From positions 191,273 through 255,272 of the forward strand of contig JBCCHT010000013.1 of the NCBI GenBank assembly GCA_039028615.1: a DNA stretch of 64,000 nucleotides, written 5' to 3'. The notes beneath the pieces are model-generated. The model saw only the letters and a list, made by a program, of their open reading frames with translations. It ran no database searches and was not told the origin of the DNA. Below are positions 9,353 through 20,669 of this stretch, piece by piece (within the stretch, counting starts at the first letter, position 1; the number at the start of each line of letters is the position of its first letter). This stretch comes from Myxococcota bacterium. Lineage in GTDB: Bacteria; Myxococcota_A; Polyangia; Nannocystales; Nannocystaceae. The translations under genes were made by a program, and so were the position numbers.

Positions 9353-10420
9353 CTAGGGGGTGTTCGATTCGGTCGGGCGCCACGCGGCGAGCCGCGGGCC
9401 GAGGATCTTGGGCACCTGGCGGAACTCGTCGACGGTGCGGGACCCGGTGAGCATCATGACGCTGCGGACGGTCATGATGACGCGCTGGAGGAACTGCTTG
9501 GCGCCCTCGTAGCCGCCGGCCTTGTGGGCCTTGAGCACCTGCGCCGCCATACCGCTGGCGGTGGCACCGAGCGCGACGGCCCGGGCCGCCTCGAGACCGG
9601 TTCGCACGCCACCGGTGGCGATGATGTCCATGCCCAGGCCCTGCAGCTGCAGCACCGAGGCCGCGGTGGGGATGCCCCAGTCCCACAGCTCGTTGGCGAC
9701 GGCCTTCCAGTCGGGATCGACGGCGCGGTGCTCTTCGACCGCGACCCAGCTGGTCCCGCCGGCCCCGCTGGTGTCGACTGCCTTCACGCCCGTCTTGGCG
9801 ATGCGCTGCCCCATGGCGCGGGACAGGCCGCAGCCGGTCTCCTTGGCGACGATGGGGATCGAAAGCTCTTCGACGAGGCGCGACAGCACGTCGAGCCCGC
9901 CCTTGAAGTCGCGGTCGCCTCCCGGCTGCACGATTTCCATGGCCGGGTTGAGGTGAATGCACAGGGCGTCGGCGCCGACGTTGCCGCACAGGTCTTCGAT
10001 CTGCGCGGTGGTCATGACGCGGGCCTGCACCATGCCCAGGTTGCCGAGCAGCAACACGTTGGGCGCGGCCTCGCGGACCTGGAAGGTCCAGGCGGTGTTC
10101 GGTCGCTCGAACATGGCGCGCTGCGAGCCGAGCCCGAAGCCGAGCCCGAGCTCGTCGGCGGCGCGGGCCAGGTCGCAGTTGATCTTGGCCGCGATGTCGG
10201 TGCCGCCGGTCATGGCCGCGACGATGACCGGAGCCTTCAGCGTCTTGCCCAGCAGCGGGGTCGAGCTGTCGACCTCGTCCGCGTGCATTTCGGGCAACGC
10301 GCAGTGCACGAGCTCGACCTCTTCGAGCAGCGTGGTCTTTTCACGAAACGCCACATTGGGACCCGCGCAGAGCGCCAAGTGGTCCTTCTTCCGCTGCGAG
10401 ATGTCGAATCGGTCCGCCAC
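9353..10420 (-). CDS. fni: Type 2 (FMN-dependent) isopentenyl-diphosphate delta-isomerase
   Basis: RKKDHL, AMTGG, GSQR, HLNPAMEIVQPGGDRDF, KETGCG, GAGGTSW, WGIPTA and TGGVRTG. Start placed at GTG 10420. Confidence 0.92.
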   Translation of the reverse strand: MADRFDISQRKKDHLALCAGPNVAFREKTTLLEEVELVHCALPEMHADEVDSSTPLLGKTLKAPVIVAAMTGGTDIAAKINCDLARAADELGLGFGLGSQRAMFERPNTAWTFQVREAAPNVLLLGNLGMVQARVMTTAQIEDLCGNVGADALCIHLNPAMEIVQPGGDRDFKGGLDVLSRLVEELSIPIVAKETGCGLSRAMGQRIAKTGVKAVDTSGAGGTSWVAVEEHRAVDPDWKAVANELWDWGIPTAASVLQLQGLGMDIIATGGVRTGLEAARAVALGATASGMAAQVLKAHKAGGYEGAKQFLQRVIMTVRSVMMLTGSRTVDEFRQVPKILGPRLAAWRPTESNTP

Positions 10421-10546
10421 GTTACGGTCGGACTTTGGCGTACTCGCCCGGTTGACGCCACCAATATCGAGTGATCGTCCACACGGCACGAATCGGGCAT
10501 TGGGGGACCGCCCGACGTCGATCGCCGAGCAGGATTTGCAGTGCTT

Positions 10547-10563
10547 CCGCAGTTGCGGTGCCA
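10547..10563 (-). promoter_or_regulatory. Putative sigma54 -24/-12 promoter (TGGCACCGCAACTGCGG) oriented toward the idi2-mvk-hpn operon
   Basis: GG-N10-GC spacing with TGGCAC, matching the TGGCAC-N5-TTGC consensus with one mismatch; ~125 nt upstream of the idi2 start. Confidence 0.45.
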
Positions 10564-11507
10564 TGGCCTCCGTGACCTCGTTCCGCGGCCGCTATGCCCC
10601 CACACCGAGTGGGCGTCTGCACCTCGGAAACGCCCGTTCGGCGCTTCTTGCGTGGCTGTGGACGCGATCGATGGGCGGCCGCTTCGTGATGCGAGTCGAG
10701 GACCTGGACCCCGGTCGATGTCGCGCAGACTACGAGCGCGATCAGCTGGCGGATTTGCGCTGGCTGGGCCTGCACTGGGACGAAGGTCCAGATGCGGGCG
10801 GAGACACGGGACCCTACCGGCAATCGGAGCGGACCGAGCAGTACCGGGCGGCCCTGGAATCGCTCGCGACATTCGAGTGCACCTGCACCCGCCGTGAACT
10901 CCGTGAAGCCACCTTCGCACCCCACGGTCGCGAGCCGGTGTACCCGGGGACGTGCCGCGGTGGGGTGACGCACCCGGAGCGACCGCGGGCGATCCGTTGG
11001 ACGCCGCCCGACGAGGTCATCGCGTGGACGGATGCGGTGTACGGGGCCCAGCGTCAGGATCTGACCCGAGACGTCGGCGACTTCGTGCTGCGGCGTACCG
11101 ATGGGGCATGGGCGTATCAGCTGGCGGTCGTGGTCGACGACGCGGCGATGGGCATCACCCACGTGTTGCGCGGCGCCGACTTGCTCGACAGCACGGCGCG
11201 GCAGATCGCCTTGCAACGCACGCTGGGGCTGCCCACGCCGGCCTACGCCCACGTGCCACTGGTGGTGGGAGAGGGCGGGCACAAGCTCGGCAAGCGCGAC
11301 GGGGCGCCGGACATCACGCGGCTGCGGGAGCAGGGCACCGATCCGCAGCGGGTGGTCGCGGTGCTGGCCCAGTCGCTGGGGCTCGTGGGTCCCGCGGTGC
11401 AGCGGGTGGAGGCGCGCGCACTGGTGGCCGACTTCGACATCACCCGGATCCCGGCCGAGGATTCGGTCGTGGACTTCGCCACGCTCGCGTCGTCGCCACA
11501 GACCTGA
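10563..11507 (+). CDS. gluQ: Glutamyl-Q tRNA(Asp) synthetase
   Basis: RYAPTPSGRLHLGN (HIGH-like), RVEDLD, CTCTR zinc ligands, YQLAVVVDD, RGADLL and KLGKRDG; short, with no anticodon-binding domain. The start may be GTG 10572. Confidence 0.88.
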   Translation: MASVTSFRGRYAPTPSGRLHLGNARSALLAWLWTRSMGGRFVMRVEDLDPGRCRADYERDQLADLRWLGLHWDEGPDAGGDTGPYRQSERTEQYRAALESLATFECTCTRRELREATFAPHGREPVYPGTCRGGVTHPERPRAIRWTPPDEVIAWTDAVYGAQRQDLTRDVGDFVLRRTDGAWAYQLAVVVDDAAMGITHVLRGADLLDSTARQIALQRTLGLPTPAYAHVPLVVGEGGHKLGKRDGAPDITRLREQGTDPQRVVAVLAQSLGLVGPAVQRVEARALVADFDITRIPAEDSVVDFATLASSPQT

Positions 11508-11518
11508 GGTTTCGGCTC

Positions 11519-11535
11519 TGGCGCCGCAATTGCGG
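11519..11535 (+). promoter_or_regulatory. Putative sigma54 -24/-12 promoter (TGGCGCCGCAATTGCGG) overlapping an 18-bp perfect palindrome, upstream of the prolyl oligopeptidase
   Basis: TGGC-N7-TTGC with exact GG-N10-GC spacing; palindrome GCGCCGCAATTGCGGCGC at 11521-11538. Confidence 0.45.
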
Positions 11536-11585
11536 CGCGGTGGCGGCTTGTCGCGATGGTCCACGCGGCGCTACAACGGCCGGCG

Positions 11586-13814
<2,229 letters not shown>

Positions 13815-13847
13815 TTCGAGCGGTGCGCGCCGCGTGAGGGAGGTAGA

Positions 13848-15140
13848 GTGCGCGCGATGAGGACGATTGGGGTCTTGCCTCTCGGAATGATGTTCGCCGT
13901 GGCCATGAGTCACGGCTGCGGGGACGATGGCGGCATGGCGACGCCGACCGACGATGACACGACGGAGGGCGAACAGACGACCGCTCCGAGTGCCGCGGAC
14001 ACGTCGACCGGTGGGGGACCGGTCGCCACGACCACGGGCGAAGACGCCGAGTCGTCGGAGACCGGCCCGCCGGGAACGACCTGCGGCAACGGAATGATCG
14101 AGGTCGACGAGCTGTGCTTGTTCGACGCGGTCGACTTCGCGGTGGACATGGTGCCGTCGGATGTCGTCATCGCCGACCTGCAGGGCGACGGCGTGCTGGA
14201 CATCGTGACCGCGGCCGTCGGGGCCAACGGGCACTCGATCATGCTGGGCGACGGCAAGGGCGGGTTCGCCGATCCGACGCTGCTGCTCGGGGGCTCGGGC
14301 ACTCGTGGTGTGGCCGTCGGGCACTTCGATCAAGACGACATCCTCGATCTCGCGGGAGCCAATCCGGGCACCGAGTACGTCGCGGTCTACTACGGGGACG
14401 GCAAGGGCGGCTTCTCCATGCAGATGCCCGTCGGTGCCGCTTCGGGTCCCCGTGCGGTGGAAATCGCCGACCTCGACGACGATGGCTGGGGCGACTTCGT
14501 CGCGGCCAGCGAAATCTCGGGCGACATCACCGTGCGCCGCGGCGACGGCAAAGGGGGCTTCGGCGAGGCCGAGGTCTACCCGGTGGGCCCCGAACCCTAT
14601 GACTTGGTCATCGCCGACATCGACGGCGACGAGGTGCTCGACGTCGCGGTCGCCAACCAAGCCGAGGACACCATCTCGGTGCTGCACGGCACGGGCTCCG
14701 GCACGTTGTCCGAAGAGGAGCGCATCGTGGTGGGGGCGAGTCCTCGAGCCATCATCGCGGGGGATGCCAACGGCGACGGGATCACCGACCTGCTCACCGC
14801 CAACTTCGACGACAACGAGGTCGGGCTGCTGCACGGCGACGGCAAGGGCGGCTTCCAGGACCTGCAGCAGCACTTCGTCGGCCGCGAGCCCTACGGGGTG
14901 GCCCTGGCCGACATGACCGCCGACGGCGTGCCCGAGATCCTCGTGGTGCGGCGCGAGACGGCGGAGATGGCCGTGTACGGGCTCGAGACCGAAGGCGTCT
15001 ACGGTGCGCTGGGCGTGTACCTGGTGCCGCTCAACCCGCTGGCGCTCGACGTGGCCGATCTCGACGGTGATGGAAGCCCCGACGTCGTCGTGGCCGCGGC
15101 GGGCGCGAACGCGGTCAGCGTGTTCATGAGCTTCCCGTAG
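13848..15140 (+). CDS. FG-GAP/VCBS repeat beta-propeller lipoprotein
   Basis: Seven repeats of type ADLQGDGVLDIV / ADIDGDEVLDVAV / GDANGDGITDLL followed by GDGKGGF; signal peptide ending HGC, then a Thr/Ser/acidic linker. Confidence 0.8.
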   Translation: MRAMRTIGVLPLGMMFAVAMSHGCGDDGGMATPTDDDTTEGEQTTAPSAADTSTGGGPVATTTGEDAESSETGPPGTTCGNGMIEVDELCLFDAVDFAVDMVPSDVVIADLQGDGVLDIVTAAVGANGHSIMLGDGKGGFADPTLLLGGSGTRGVAVGHFDQDDILDLAGANPGTEYVAVYYGDGKGGFSMQMPVGAASGPRAVEIADLDDDGWGDFVAASEISGDITVRRGDGKGGFGEAEVYPVGPEPYDLVIADIDGDEVLDVAVANQAEDTISVLHGTGSGTLSEEERIVVGASPRAIIAGDANGDGITDLLTANFDDNEVGLLHGDGKGGFQDLQQHFVGREPYGVALADMTADGVPEILVVRRETAEMAVYGLETEGVYGALGVYLVPLNPLALDVADLDGDGSPDVVVAAAGANAVSVFMSFP

Positions 15141-15251
15141 CTCGGGCGGCCATCGGCGACAATTGCAGTCCGACACGGTGTGCGCCTTCTCGGTGCCCCG
15201 TGCGGCCATGACACGTCCCTGACGCATGAACGATGCGCGTATGATGCGTGC

Positions 15252-16418
15252 ATGGTTTTCCGCGGTCGGGTCGCGTGTCTCGGGTTGTCGTTGTCGTTGG
15301 GGCTTTGGGGATGCGGCACGGAGCCGCCGACCGAAGCCCAGGACTCGGACTCCGAAGGCACGGGAGCGACGGGCGACTCGACCACCGAGGGGCCCGAGGT
15401 CTCACCACCCCCCGCCACCGATGACACGGGCGTCGCCGACGACACGGGGGACTCGGGCGATGGCGAATCGGACGACAGCGGCAGCGACTCCACCGGACCG
15501 GGGCAGGGGCCCCCGCTCGACGACGTGCTGCGCATGAATCACGTGCAGTCCAAGGGCACGCACAACAGCTATCACGTCGAGCCGCTGATCCCGTTCCACC
15601 CCAGCCACGAGTACAGCCACGACCCCTTGCCCGAGCAGCTGGACGCGCACGGGGTGCGGACCTTCGAGATCGACGTGCACCGCAACGTCGACGATACGAT
15701 CACCGTCTATCACATCCTCGGGATCGACCAGGAGACCACCTGCGAGACCTTCCAAGAGTGTCTGCAGGGCATCAAGGAGTGGTCGGACGAGCACCCGCTG
15801 CACCTGCCCGTGGTGGTGTGGGTCGAGGTGAAGGACGACACGGGCGGCATCGACATGAGCAGCCCGCAACAGCTCAACCGTCTCGACGACATCGTCAACG
15901 GCGTGTTCCCGCCCGATCAGCTGCTCACCCCCGATGACGTGCAGGGCGAGTACGACTCGATCCGCGAGCGCCTGGTGACCGAGGGCTGGCCCACGCTCGG
16001 CGAGGTGCGGGGCACGGTCTTGGTCACCATCCTCGACGGCGAGCACGGTGAGATTTACTCCGAGGGCTACACGACCCTGGCCGGGCGGGCGATGTTCGTG
16101 CGCGTGGGCGGAGGCGAGTTCGACACGCCGATTGCCGCCATCGCCAAGATGGGCGCCGGGTCGGGCGAGCTGGCCGATGCGCACGCGCAGAACATGATCA
16201 TCGCCTCCAACATCTGTGCCGCGGACGAGAGCGACGACGACTGCTTCGCCCAGCGCCAGGAGGCCGTCGACGCGGGCATCCACATGCTCAAGGACGACTA
16301 CGCGGCGCCCGTCGCCGATCGCGAGTACTGGCTCGATCTGCCCGACGGCAACCCGGCGCAGTGCAACCCGGTCACCGCCCCGCCCGAGTGCACCTCGGTC
16401 GCGCTCGAAGACCTCTAG
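15252..16418 (+). CDS. Phosphoinositide phospholipase C-like (Ca2+-dependent PI-PLC family) lipoprotein
   Basis: LRMNHVQSKGTHNSYH, QLDAHGVRTFEIDVH, VYHILGID and VWVEVKD; lipobox LWGC followed by an acidic Ser/Thr linker. Confidence 0.75.
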   Translation: MVFRGRVACLGLSLSLGLWGCGTEPPTEAQDSDSEGTGATGDSTTEGPEVSPPPATDDTGVADDTGDSGDGESDDSGSDSTGPGQGPPLDDVLRMNHVQSKGTHNSYHVEPLIPFHPSHEYSHDPLPEQLDAHGVRTFEIDVHRNVDDTITVYHILGIDQETTCETFQECLQGIKEWSDEHPLHLPVVVWVEVKDDTGGIDMSSPQQLNRLDDIVNGVFPPDQLLTPDDVQGEYDSIRERLVTEGWPTLGEVRGTVLVTILDGEHGEIYSEGYTTLAGRAMFVRVGGGEFDTPIAAIAKMGAGSGELADAHAQNMIIASNICAADESDDDCFAQRQEAVDAGIHMLKDDYAAPVADREYWLDLPDGNPAQCNPVTAPPECTSVALEDL

Positions 16419-16447
16419 ACACGGTCGTAGCCAGTTGGCGGCCGAGC

Positions 16448-17065
16448 TCAGTCGCCGTGGTGCAGCCCGGCGACGCCGCTTTGCACCCCGGAGCCTTCGG
16501 AGCGCGCTTGTTCGAAGGTTCCGCCGACCACCGGGGCGTAGCGACACACGTCGTGCACGATGCGATCGATGCGGTCGCGCAGCTGCGCCGACTCCAAGCG
16601 CCCGTCGGTGAAGTCGGGGGGCCGCGCCGCCGCGTGGTAGGGCAGGGTGAAGCCGTGGCACCAGTTGAAGCAGTTGCGCACCGCGGTGAGCGACATGTCA
16701 CCGCCACCGCCTCCGGTCACCGCCACCACGCCGCCGAACTTGCCCGCCAGCTCGAGGTACAGGAAGTCGAACCAGTTCTTGAGCGCGCCGCTCATGTTGC
16801 CGTGATACTCGGGCGTGACGAGCACGAAACCTTGGGCCCATGCCGCGTCGGTCCGCACTTGCTGCACCTGGGGTAGCGCGGCCTGCTTCGGATCTTGGTA
16901 GGCCATGAGCGGCAGGGCCAGCTGGGTGAGGTCGTGCACTCGCAGCTGCGCACCGATGCCGTGCACCGTGTCGCACACGTGCTCGACCACGGCGCGCAGA
17001 GGGCTTTGTGCTCGGGCCGAACCAGAGACCACCAAGACACGAGGGGCCGAGGACATGCGGTGCAT
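16448..17065 (-). CDS. NADPH-dependent FMN reductase (flavodoxin-like fold)
   Basis: VSGSAR and TPEYHGNMSGALKNWFDFL signature. Start at 17065 or 17056. Confidence 0.85.
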   Translation of the reverse strand: MHRMSSAPRVLVVSGSARAQSPLRAVVEHVCDTVHGIGAQLRVHDLTQLALPLMAYQDPKQAALPQVQQVRTDAAWAQGFVLVTPEYHGNMSGALKNWFDFLYLELAGKFGGVVAVTGGGGGDMSLTAVRNCFNWCHGFTLPYHAAARPPDFTDGRLESAQLRDRIDRIVHDVCRYAPVVGGTFEQARSEGSGVQSGVAGLHHGD

Positions 17066-17435
17066 GCTCGACTCCCTCGGGATGCGCTGCAACCGCGATT
17101 GGAATGAACGTGGTCCAACCGCAGTCCATGGCATGCCGCCCTGCGAATGTCCCTACACAGGGGACAGCCTTGATTTTTGCGGGGAATTGGCCGATCCTCC
17201 CCGCGCTTGGATGGGTCGGGGCGGCAACTTCGCCGCTCATTGCTAACTCCATCCGCGAGGTGCGCTCCATCTTGCTTTGAAGCGCTGCGCCATTGGCGCT
17301 GCGCTCGGAGCCGCCTCTTCGTCCGTACTCCGGGCGAGTTTCTGTCTGCGACGTGTCGACCCCCCATTGACGCGCACGCAGTCGTCACCGACCGCGACGA
17401 TCGTCGCGGCAGGCCCAAACGAAGGCAGGCCTCGA

Positions 17436-18800
17436 TTGCACCCCATTGCCAAAGATCTCGAAGAACCACAGCGGTATCGCGCCATCACGCGAGCGAGCAT
17501 CGCCCGTACGCCGCAGTGGAACCGGATCCCCAAAGAGCTCCAAGAAGCGATTTCGGTCGTTTCGACCGTGCTCCCGTTTCGCACGAACGAGTACGTGATG
17601 CGCGAACTCATCGACTGGGATCGGGTCCCCGACGACCCCATCTACCAGTTGACCTTCGTGCAGCCGGGGATGCTCACACCGGACGACTACGCCACCATGG
17701 CGCGTCTGGTCCGCGCGGATGCGCCCAAGGGTGAGATCAAAGAAGCCGCCGATCGGATCCGTCGCCGTCTCAACCCGCATCCCGCGGGTCAGATGACGCA
17801 CAACGTGCCCAAGCTCGACGGCCGTCCGCTGGCCGGCATGCAGCACAAGTATCGCGAGACGGTGCTGTTCTTCCCGAGCCAGGGGCAGACCTGCCACGCG
17901 TACTGCTCGTTCTGCTTCCGCTGGGCGCAGTTCGTGGGCCTCGACGACGTCAAGTTCCAGTCCCAGGAGACGCAGGACCTCGTCGACTACCTCTCGGTCC
18001 ACCCCGAGGTCAGCGATGTCCTGATCACGGGCGGTGACCCGCTCGTGATGCGCACCAAGAACATGCGCAACTACATCGAGCCGTTGCTCACCGACGACCT
18101 GGCGCACGTGCAGGACATCCGCCTGGGGACCAAGTCGGTGGCCTACTGGCCGCAGCGCTACGTTACCGATCCCGATGCCGACGACCTGCTTCGTCTCTTC
18201 GAGCAGGTCGTGAACTCGGGTCGCCACCTGGCGATCATGGGGCACTACAACCACCCCACCGAGATCAAGACGCCGATGGCCCAAGAGGCGATTCGCCGGA
18301 TTCGCTCCACGGGGGCCGAGATCCGCATGCAATCGCCGCTCATTCGCCACGTCAACGACGACGCGAACGCGTGGGCCGAGCTGTGGCGTACCGGGGTCAA
18401 GCTCGGGGCCATCCCGTATTACATGTTCGTGGAGCGCGACACGGGTCCCAAGCAGTACTTCGAGACCCCGCTGGTCCGTGCCTGGGACATCTTCCGCGAC
18501 GCGTACCGCCAGGTCTCCGGCCTGGCTCGCACCGTGCGTGGCCCCTCCATGTCCGCGCTGCCGGGCAAGGTGATGGTCGACGGCGTGGCCGAGGTCCGGG
18601 GCGAGCAGGTCCTGGTTCTGCAGTTCCTCCAGGCTCGCGACCCCTCGTGGGTTCGGCGCCCCTTCTTCGCCAAGTACGATCCAGAGGCCACGTGGCTCGA
18701 CGACCTGGTGCCCGCCTTCGGCGAGCCCCAGTTCTTCTTCGAGCGCGGGCCCGAGGGCGTGCCTCGCAGCACGCGTCGCCTGACCGTCGTGGGCGAGTAG
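17436..18800 (+). CDS. KamA-family radical SAM/PLP aminomutase (lysine 2,3-aminomutase-like)
   Basis: HKYRETVLFFPSQGQTCHAYCSFCFRW (CxxxCxxC), DVLITGGDP, HYNHPTE, QSPLIRHVND, PYYMFVERDTG and SALPGK. Start placed at TTG 17436 (uncertain). Confidence 0.85.
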   Translation: MHPIAKDLEEPQRYRAITRASIARTPQWNRIPKELQEAISVVSTVLPFRTNEYVMRELIDWDRVPDDPIYQLTFVQPGMLTPDDYATMARLVRADAPKGEIKEAADRIRRRLNPHPAGQMTHNVPKLDGRPLAGMQHKYRETVLFFPSQGQTCHAYCSFCFRWAQFVGLDDVKFQSQETQDLVDYLSVHPEVSDVLITGGDPLVMRTKNMRNYIEPLLTDDLAHVQDIRLGTKSVAYWPQRYVTDPDADDLLRLFEQVVNSGRHLAIMGHYNHPTEIKTPMAQEAIRRIRSTGAEIRMQSPLIRHVNDDANAWAELWRTGVKLGAIPYYMFVERDTGPKQYFETPLVRAWDIFRDAYRQVSGLARTVRGPSMSALPGKVMVDGVAEVRGEQVLVLQFLQARDPSWVRRPFFAKYDPEATWLDDLVPAFGEPQFFFERGPEGVPRSTRRLTVVGE

Positions 18801-18836
18801 CCGGGGCCACCCCGGGGGCGCTATGGTCCCCGGCCC

Positions 18837-19955
18837 ATGGATACGCTCAACGAATGGCTGGGTCTGTCCCCGAGCAGCACGATCCTCGGTGACATCGGGC
18901 TGGCCCTGCTCGCGGTCACCGTCGGGATGATCGCGGGCCGGGTCGCCAACGCGCTGCTCAAGCGCACGCTTGCCGGCCTGACCGATTCGAACCTGCGACG
19001 GGCCGCCGTCGAGGCTGCATCCGACCCCATCGTCTGGGCGCTGCGACTCGGCGGCGTCTGGATCGGGCTGAGCGTCCTACCGCTGCGAGACATCGAGGTC
19101 TTCGACCTCACGCAGCTGTTCGCCGACCTGTACCAGGCCGCCACCATCGGGCTGGCGACCTGGCTCGGCGTGCGCGTCATCGGAGAGGCCACCGCGCTGT
19201 GGGCCAAGCGGGCGTCGGGCACCGAAGACACCTTCGACGATCAGCTCGTCCCCATCGTCCGCAAGACGGCCAAGGCCTCGCTGGTCATCATCGGCACGGT
19301 GATGGTCCTGCAGAACATGGGCTATCCCGTGGGCTCGCTGCTCGCTGGTCTGGGTATCGGTGGTGCCGCGCTGGCCTTCGCCTCGAAGGACACGGTGGCC
19401 AACTTCTTCGGCTCGCTGGTGATCTTCGTCGACCGTCCCTTCCAGATCGGGGACTGGGTCGAGATCGGTGACGTCGAGGGCACGGTCGAAGAGGTCGACA
19501 TTCGCACCACGCGGATCCGGACCTTCGCCAACAGCCTCATCACCGTGCCCAACTCGCAGATGACGGTCACCGCCATCCAGAACTGGTCTCGCATGCAGAA
19601 GCGGCGGATCAAGCTCGAGGTGGGCCTGAGCTACGACACCACCTCCGACCAGATGCGGGCCGCGGTGCAGGCCATTCGCGACATCATCGAAGGCGACGAC
19701 CGCTTCCACCACGACTTTTACCTGGTGAACTTCCACGAGATGGCCGAGTCGAGCCTGAACGTGTTCTGCTACTTCTTCACCAAGACCACCAATTGGGCGG
19801 AGTACATGCAGATTCGCCAGGAGTTCCTGCTCGCGGTGATGGACGCGACGCAGAAGCTGGGGCTGGAGATCGCATTCCCCACGCGGACGCTGCACTTCGC
19901 CAACGATCAGCCGCCGGGAGCTCCGGCCGCCATGCTGCGCCAGACGCCGCACTGA
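18837..19955 (+). CDS. MscS-family mechanosensitive channel
   Basis: GSLLAGLGIGGAALAFASKDTVANFFG, DRPFQIGDWV, GTVEEV, VPNS and IAFPTRT. Confidence 0.92.
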   Translation: MDTLNEWLGLSPSSTILGDIGLALLAVTVGMIAGRVANALLKRTLAGLTDSNLRRAAVEAASDPIVWALRLGGVWIGLSVLPLRDIEVFDLTQLFADLYQAATIGLATWLGVRVIGEATALWAKRASGTEDTFDDQLVPIVRKTAKASLVIIGTVMVLQNMGYPVGSLLAGLGIGGAALAFASKDTVANFFGSLVIFVDRPFQIGDWVEIGDVEGTVEEVDIRTTRIRTFANSLITVPNSQMTVTAIQNWSRMQKRRIKLEVGLSYDTTSDQMRAAVQAIRDIIEGDDRFHHDFYLVNFHEMAESSLNVFCYFFTKTTNWAEYMQIRQEFLLAVMDATQKLGLEIAFPTRTLHFANDQPPGAPAAMLRQTPH

Positions 19956-20042
19956 TCACCGCGATGGTGGGGGCCGCGAAGGCCCATTGTGACTCGCCTC
20001 GTGGGGGTCGACCCGTGCGAGGATGCGGTCGAGGAACGCCCC

Positions 20043-20642
20043 ATGTTGATCCGTCGACCGCTCGTCTTTGCCCTGCTGCTCGGTAGCCTCGTCGCCTGCG
20101 ACTCGAAGGCGAAGGAGGAAACACCGAAGGACGCCAAGACCGACGAGGCCAAGGCCAACAAAGACGAGCCGAAGGCCGGCGCCAAGGCTGGCGGCGAAAC
20201 CAAAACCAAAGCCGACGGTGGGGCAGCAATCGAGCCCGAGGCCAAGGCAGAGGCGCCCGCCAAGGCCGATCCTCCCGCGGGCGGCCCCAAGGTCCTGCTC
20301 AGCCTCGAAGACGCGCAAGACATCCTCGGCCTCACCCTCGAGATGGACACGCGCGGCGAGGGCTACTCGTATACGAGCAAGAGCCCGACCGGGAACATCA
20401 CCGTCGACCTCGTCCCCGCCATGCCGATCCGCATGCTCATGGGCAACAAGGAGTCGATCCCGGACATCGGCGACGCGGCATTCTTCCAGGCCAAGTCCAG
20501 CCGCATGGCGATCTTGCAGGTGATCAAGGGCGACAAAGGCCTGACGATCTCGGTGGGCTTCCCCCTGGGGGCGCCGCCCAAGGCCCCCGATCTGGCCGAG
20601 GCCGCGCTCGAGGTGGCCCGTCGCGCGCTGCCCAACGTGTAG
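20043..20642 (+). CDS. Hypothetical lipoprotein
   Basis: Lipobox LVAC, Lys/Glu/Ala-rich linker, small C-terminal alpha/beta domain (IPDIGDAAFF). Confidence 0.65.
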   Translation: MLIRRPLVFALLLGSLVACDSKAKEETPKDAKTDEAKANKDEPKAGAKAGGETKTKADGGAAIEPEAKAEAPAKADPPAGGPKVLLSLEDAQDILGLTLEMDTRGEGYSYTSKSPTGNITVDLVPAMPIRMLMGNKESIPDIGDAAFFQAKSSRMAILQVIKGDKGLTISVGFPLGAPPKAPDLAEAALEVARRALPNV

Positions 20643-20669
20643 CGCGTCGTCACGCTATGCTCCGCGGCC

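Noticed and set aside
9957..10562. Apparent long overlap of gluQ and idi2 ORFs
   Set aside because: Both extensions are shadow sequence. Conserved domains start near 10563-10572 and 10420.
17257..17317. Lysine riboswitch call from GAGGTGCG
   Set aside because: Loop-E, kink-turn and kissing-loop elements not found. Kept only as an unclassified structured region.
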